Translations under genes and position numbers: made by a program
Notes under the pieces: generated by a model
What the model was told of the DNA's origin: nothing
What the model saw: only the letters and a program-made list of their open reading frames with translations
Databases searched by the model: none
Source: Candidatus Dojkabacteria bacterium
Lineage (GTDB): Archaea > Nanobdellota > Nanobdellia > Pacearchaeales > GW2011-AR1
Direction of reading: 5' to 3'
Assembly (NCBI GenBank): GCA_017610445.1
Contig: JAFCCB010000001.1
Location: 1-48,246, forward strand
DNA length: 48,246 bases
Part shown: one piece after another, positions 43,389 to 48,246 of the stretch
How positions within the stretch are numbered: the first letter of the stretch is position 1
Layout of the letters: each line of letters opens with the position of its first letter

Positions 43389-46013
43389 TCACATTGTCCT
43401 TTCAAAAGTATCAATAATGTCTCCTGTATCATTATAAACAATTCCATTCATTACATTATTTGTTATATTAATAATAACATAATGAAAATTATGTCCTATA
43501 CAATCTCCAAGAATACTTGTACTTGTCTCACAAGCTCTTAATGGTGCACCTGCCCCCCCAGAAATAATATTAATCATTTCTCCATCATGTGTTGAATTAT
43601 AATTATAAACATGTTCATGTGAAAAAAGACTTGCTGTAACCTCCTTATTATACATCAAATCATCAATCATTGCTGAACGTGTAGGATTAAAACCCATCAA
43701 ACAATCATCTCTTGTTGTTGCTACTAAAGGCCTATGGCCAATAACAAATTTATGAGTATAACCTTCTTGATGTAAAGTTTCATCAAACCAAGTAAATTGG
43801 TTCCCAGTTATATCTCCTTCATTTCCTGCTTCTTCTGTATTCACAAATATAAATAATGAATTCCCATATCCCCAAGAATATGATACTTCTTGCCATTCAT
43901 TATTTTTCCCCTCAAAAGCATTAGTTGCCCCACCCCCATTTAAAGGAGCTATCCAATAATCTTGATAAGCTTGGTGCCCAAAATTCCAGCCTCCATATAA
44001 TTCATGGTTCCCTATTGCAGATAAAAGAGGAATACTTAAATCTCCTCTTAAACCAGAAGTTAAATCATGAAAATTCTTCCAACCTGTTCTATAATCTGAC
44101 TCTTGTGAACATCCTTCTCCCTGAATATCATCTCCTCCAATTATAACAAAATCAGCTCCTTTAGAAGCTATATCATTAATCATGCTCTCAAAAGCCAAAT
44201 CCCCACCATCACAACCAACCTCTGCACAAATACCATCACAACCTCTTGAATCCCCTAAAAAAGCAAAACTAAAACTTGTTTTTGAATTATCTAATGTTTT
44301 AAATGAAGACTTAAATGAATCATTTTTATAAATTTCTCCATCAGAAATATTCTGCACAATAACCTGATAATAATAAACAGTTCCAGGATTAAGGCTGTTT
44401 ATAGTTAATTCATGTATTTTACTGAAAGATGAATCAGAAACAGAATTCCCATAACCAATTGTCTCTCCATAATTTATTGTAATATTTGTTAACATATTTG
44501 TTTCTGTTCTTATTTTTTCTGTTGTTTCATTCCAAGCCATAACATAAGGCTCAAGATAATAACTAAGAGTTGGCTCTGGTATTACTCCTCCATAAACATT
44601 TTCATATATTTCTTTAATCTCTTCCTCACTTAAACTTCTATTCCAAATTGCAGCCTCATCAATCATGCCATCAAAAAATCTATCATTAGATGCTCTAGCT
44701 CCAATTCTTAAATCATAACTTCCAGTGTCAATAGGCCCAGAAACATCAGGCAGACCAGAATTGTCAAGTTCTCCATTAATATAAATTTTCCACTCATTAT
44801 CTGAATAATTATAAGTCATAGTTAAAAAATACCATTTACCTGATTCAATAGAATTAGAGCTCTGATACGCAGTAGGACTACCTCCTATTTTTAATCCTAA
44901 TTCTGGGTTTAGATCATTTGTTAATGCCATACGATAACCATAAGCATCATCTGTGCCTTTGTTTATAATCCTTTGAGTTTTTCCTGACTTATCTTCTGGT
45001 TTTATCCAAGCAGATAATGTAATCTCCTCTGATATTTGAAGTTCTGGACTATCCTGAACAATAAAACTCTGTCCATTATCATACTCAAAATCAAAAGCCC
45101 CATTAACCTTCCCAGCTTCTACAAAACTTGGACAATTTACAGAACAAGTTGCACTATTCCCATTTCCAGAAAAATCATAAGCAAGATTATCTGTTTCACC
45201 ATAATCAGAATCATTATTAAATTTATAATAAGCAACTAACCCCTGAGAAGCAATATCTAAAATACCTGCCTGACAATCTTCAAAATCATAATAATCAATT
45301 GATCCATCACAATCATTATCAACACCATCATCACAAATCTCATTTGCTCCTGGATTAATGTTTATATTACTATCATTACAATCAACAGAACCACAGCTTT
45401 CTCCAGTAGCATTAAATCCATCTCCATCATTATCAACACACTCAAAAGTTCCTTCCCCACTTCCCTCATAAACATCTGTATTAACTTTATTAGGCAAACT
45501 TGTATCTTTTCTCAAATCTTTTTTAAACTTATCTTTAACAGCACTTGTAATAATCTTCCCAGAACTTATCTGAATCTCAAAAGCAATGCTAACAAAAACA
45601 ATATCACTAAAATTAAAACTAGGATCCCCTATTTGATTTCGAACACCAACTTGAGTTATACTATAAACCTTAGTTTCTAATTCATCTGGAATCCCGCCAG
45701 AAAAAGATGGATAATTATAAATATAATTTTTTTCTCTAGAATCTGTAAATATAAATTTTAATGCAGAAATATTTCCTTTTCCTGCGTCTCTATGAACAGA
45801 AACATAAGCTGTCTGATTATCTTCTGGAATATAAACTGATTTTATATCTAAATCAACTTTAAACTGCTCAATAGAAATTTCTTCAGAACTTTTTTGAACA
45901 ACCCCCTTGAAAACATTCCAAACAATTACAATTATTACAAAAACAATCAATATTAATAAAATAGCTGTTATAACCTGTGCTTGTGCATATTTACTCTTTC
46001 CTCTCTTTTTCAT
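43389..46013 (-). CDS. Pilin-leader surface protein: Asp/Cys metal-binding repeat, LamG, FN3-like and metallophosphoesterase domains
   Basis: KSKYA|QAQVITAILLILIV; CVDNDGDGF..DCND..PGANEICDDGVDNDCDG; GLVAYYKF..TLSAWIK..FDGMIDEAAIWNRSLS; GDSR, GGD, GNHE, GH, SHEH. Confidence 0.85.
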   Translation of the reverse strand: MKKRGKSKYAQAQVITAILLILIVFVIIVIVWNVFKGVVQKSSEEISIEQFKVDLDIKSVYIPEDNQTAYVSVHRDAGKGNISALKFIFTDSREKNYIYNYPSFSGGIPDELETKVYSITQVGVRNQIGDPSFNFSDIVFVSIAFEIQISSGKIITSAVKDKFKKDLRKDTSLPNKVNTDVYEGSGEGTFECVDNDGDGFNATGESCGSVDCNDSNININPGANEICDDGVDNDCDGSIDYYDFEDCQAGILDIASQGLVAYYKFNNDSDYGETDNLAYDFSGNGNSATCSVNCPSFVEAGKVNGAFDFEYDNGQSFIVQDSPELQISEEITLSAWIKPEDKSGKTQRIINKGTDDAYGYRMALTNDLNPELGLKIGGSPTAYQSSNSIESGKWYFLTMTYNYSDNEWKIYINGELDNSGLPDVSGPIDTGSYDLRIGARASNDRFFDGMIDEAAIWNRSLSEEEIKEIYENVYGGVIPEPTLSYYLEPYVMAWNETTEKIRTETNMLTNITINYGETIGYGNSVSDSSFSKIHELTINSLNPGTVYYYQVIVQNISDGEIYKNDSFKSSFKTLDNSKTSFSFAFLGDSRGCDGICAEVGCDGGDLAFESMINDIASKGADFVIIGGDDIQGEGCSQESDYRTGWKNFHDLTSGLRGDLSIPLLSAIGNHELYGGWNFGHQAYQDYWIAPLNGGGATNAFEGKNNEWQEVSYSWGYGNSLFIFVNTEEAGNEGDITGNQFTWFDETLHQEGYTHKFVIGHRPLVATTRDDCLMGFNPTRSAMIDDLMYNKEVTASLFSHEHVYNYNSTHDGEMINIISGGAGAPLRACETSTSILGDCIGHNFHYVIINITNNVMNGIVYNDTGDIIDTFERTM

Positions 46014-46055
46014 AAAATAAAAACCAAATCAATTTATTTAAACCTTTTTAATAAT

Positions 46056-46206
46056 AGTGTTGTAAACTTAAAAGGTGATAAAACTGCTTAATTTTAGTGA
46101 TTTATATACAATATTTTGATATTATCAATAAATAAAATAAGATAATTATTATAATCTGTTTTATCGAGGAGAAATATAGGTTATCACCTGTTGGCTTAAC
46201 AGAGCC
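46056..46206. mobile_element. 151-bp MITE
   Basis: 26-bp imperfect TIRs (17/26, inner AGGTGATAA perfect); flanks TTAATAAT/TTAATAAC. Confidence 0.65.
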
Positions 46207-46262
46207 TTAATAACTCACATATTGTTATTCTCAGAACTATTTCATAAAACAAATTTTAACTA

Positions 46263-46550
46263 TTAAAACTTCCATCTAAAAATAGGCAAACCAACAAAAC
46301 AAGAATCATTATCAGAGGCAACTAATCTGTTTATTCCTGTATTTTCTTTTATTTCATAATTTTTTTGTTCTTGTGCTAATGCTTGATAATTTTTTAATAC
46401 GCTCTTTTTATTAATGCCCCAACTATAAACTGCATTAATTAAAAATTTAGGTTTAGATTCACAGGATTTTTCATTTGCATAAGCCGGGCTTAAAAACAAG
46501 CCTGCTAAAACAATTCCAGTTCCTATTTTCTTTATTAAATTTCCTTTCAT
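46263..46550 (-). CDS. Small secreted hypothetical protein
   Basis: Signal peptide ending AYA. Confidence 0.6.
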   Translation of the reverse strand: MKGNLIKKIGTGIVLAGLFLSPAYANEKSCESKPKFLINAVYSWGINKKSVLKNYQALAQEQKNYEIKENTGINRLVASDNDSCFVGLPIFRWKF

Positions 46551-46631
46551 AAAAAATCTAAATAAACTCCTTTTTTAAAGATTTATCTGCTCTTTTGATT
46601 ATTCTCTATAATAACTATTAGGCAATTACCT

Positions 46632-47144
46632 TCATCTTCTGCTGACAAATTCATTATCCTTAACATAAAATCTCAATTTTCTATCCAAATCATTTTTCAC
46701 TCCAATTCTAAAACTTTTAACAATCTCAAAATCTTTTTTTCTATCTCTTAAATCAAGATATCCTTTATCATTAAAGATGTGTTTTTTATGAAATTTCTTG
46801 TCAATTCCCAATGCTTTTGTAAGCAAGCCAGGCCCATTTCCCTTTCCTTTAAAATTTAAAGGTTCAACAGCCCTAATTAAAACAGCACTTGCTTTTCCTT
46901 TTTCTCCTGTAACAAAATTAATTAACCAGTTATTATGAACTCCATAAACTAAAACAGTCCCAGCATCCATTAACATAGTCCTCCTTAAATCTCCATTTTG
47001 CCGGGCACGAGAAGCAGGGTCTTCAGAACCAAAATAAGCTTCTGTTTCAACTATTTTAGCTTTCTTGCCATTAATACAAATCACTTTCCCTAACAACTCC
47101 TTGGCAACAATTTCTGCATCTCGAACAAAAAATTCTTTATCCAT
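46632..47144 (-). CDS. mpg: 3-methyladenine DNA glycosylase (MPG/AAG family)
   Basis: VAKELLGK, IVETEAY, AVLIRAVEP, GPGLLTKALGI, RIGV. Confidence 0.93.
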   Translation of the reverse strand: MDKEFFVRDAEIVAKELLGKVICINGKKAKIVETEAYFGSEDPASRARQNGDLRRTMLMDAGTVLVYGVHNNWLINFVTGEKGKASAVLIRAVEPLNFKGKGNGPGLLTKALGIDKKFHKKHIFNDKGYLDLRDRKKDFEIVKSFRIGVKNDLDRKLRFYVKDNEFVSRR

Positions 47145-47282
47145 AGATTAAAACAAAAAAACAGATTTATAATTTTAACTAATTTTTGTTTTAACCCCTT
47201 AATGTAAATATAAAGATTTTCATAACCCTAAAAATACAAGAGCATAATAAAAATTAATGCCCCTTACTAAAAATAAAATTTA

Positions 47283-47840
47283 TTAATAATCCTTATCTTC
47301 ATTTTTAACAAAAACTTTTCTTTTTTTAATTAAAAACAAAATTATTATCACTAATACAATTAAAAATATAACCCCAAAAAAAATCCATATTATCCCAACA
47401 CCCTTTGATTTTCCTTTAACTAAAACTTTTAAAGTACTATCTGTTTTTGTGTCTATAGAAATCATTCCTCCCTCAAGAATAGGATTAACTTCAGATAATC
47501 TAACAGTAATTTTGTATTCTTTATTTTCATCTGCATTCCAAGGAACAGACACTTCCATATTAATTGCTACATGTTTTTCTCCTAAAGGAACAAAATACTC
47601 TAAATTCTCATCTGTCAATTTTGCTATTTCCCCTCCCTTTAATAATTCTACTTTTACAGTTATATTTCTTTCTCCTCTTACATTTTGCAATTCTCCAAAT
47701 ATAATATCCTTTGTTTCTCCAGGAGCCATTACTAAAGGATGCCCAGAATAATAATCAGAAGATATCCCAACAAATGCATTAATAAGATTAATAAAACTAA
47801 GAATAAACAATAAACAAACTGCAATTTTAATTAATCTCAT
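47283..47840 (-). CDS. Secreted Ig-like protein with C-terminal TM anchor
   Basis: Signal peptide, beta-rich core, TM followed by KKRK. Confidence 0.75.
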   Translation of the reverse strand: MRLIKIAVCLLFILSFINLINAFVGISSDYYSGHPLVMAPGETKDIIFGELQNVRGERNITVKVELLKGGEIAKLTDENLEYFVPLGEKHVAINMEVSVPWNADENKEYKITVRLSEVNPILEGGMISIDTKTDSTLKVLVKGKSKGVGIIWIFFGVIFLIVLVIIILFLIKKRKVFVKNEDKDY

Positions 47841-48108
47841 AATATAAATTAAATAACATAATTAATAAAACTTGTGCAATATTAAATCAACTTTATAATT
47901 GTTTAAAAATACTAATTGATTTCCCTGACTCTTTGATTATATCTTTTAGTAACATCCTCCAGCACATAAATGTGTGGGCTTCCTCAATATCTCATTGTAT
48001 TTTTAAGTTATGTTCCTCTATTCATCAGCTATACTTCTCACACTTAAAAAGCAAAAAAACAATAACAAAACAAAACTAAAATTAAATTAAATTAAATTAA
48101 AAGATTAT

Positions 48109-48246
48109 TTATTTAACAGGTTCAACAAAAGCTTTTTTGTTTTTAGCAACAAACCAGATAACTATTATTATTGCAATAATAAGAACAATCCCAAGTATTA
48201 TCCATGTTGTGCTGATTCCTTCTGGGGTTTCTTGTGGTTTTTCAAT
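48109..48246 (-). CDS. 3' end of a C-terminally anchored membrane protein (partial)
   Basis: ...EGISTTWIILGIVLIIAIIIVIWFVAKNKKAFVEPVK*. Confidence 0.65.
   Translation of the reverse strand: MEKPQETPEGISTTWIILGIVLIIAIIIVIWFVAKNKKAFVEPVK

Noticed and set aside
840..47751. Numerous antisense or overlapping ORFs in the track (e.g. 840-1022, 11472-11969, 22913-23272, 30508-30819, 39575-39772, 47449-47751)
   Set aside because: Shadows of well-supported genes on the other strand or frame, with no motifs of their own.
48078..48101. (AATTA)n pentamer run
   Set aside because: Short low-complexity tract just after a stop codon in AT-rich DNA, probably terminator-region noise.
1..48246. CRISPR array, rRNA, reverse transcriptase/DGR, integrase or provirus
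   Set aside because: No regularly spaced repeats, rRNA-like segment, RT motifs or viral hallmark genes were seen by eye.

Overview
AT-rich archaeal chromosome segment whose gene content looks DPANN (Pacearchaeota/Woesearchaeota-like; inferred from gene content, no database search run). Housekeeping genes: tRNA-Gln, rps15, RecJ/GAN-like DHH nuclease, rps27e, aIF2-alpha, EndoQ-like PHP nuclease, RadA with two LAGLIDADG inteins, RPA, EF-1beta, a split Hef (helicase and ERCC4 nuclease separated by a toxin-antitoxin-like pair), 2H phosphodiesterase, M16 peptidase, UppS, Dph6 and MPG. The centre (about 14-28 kb) is a type IV pilus locus: prepilin peptidase, about 11 pilin-like genes (three too short for the ORF track), TadC/FlaJ-like platform and assembly ATPase. 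Most notable observations: (i) a 66-bp hairpin repeat sitting in frame inside the cleavable leader peptides of two pilin genes, plus a nearby four-hairpin array; (ii) a pilin-like protein with a long glycine zipper; (iii) a pilin-LamG-metallophosphoesterase fusion; (iv) a PRC-barrel gene followed by three paralogous membrane proteins; (v) a decayed IS carrying a divergent small ORF and repeated TATGGTGCC boxes, plus two MITEs. No CRISPR array or rRNA was seen. All alignments and coordinates were worked out by eye.
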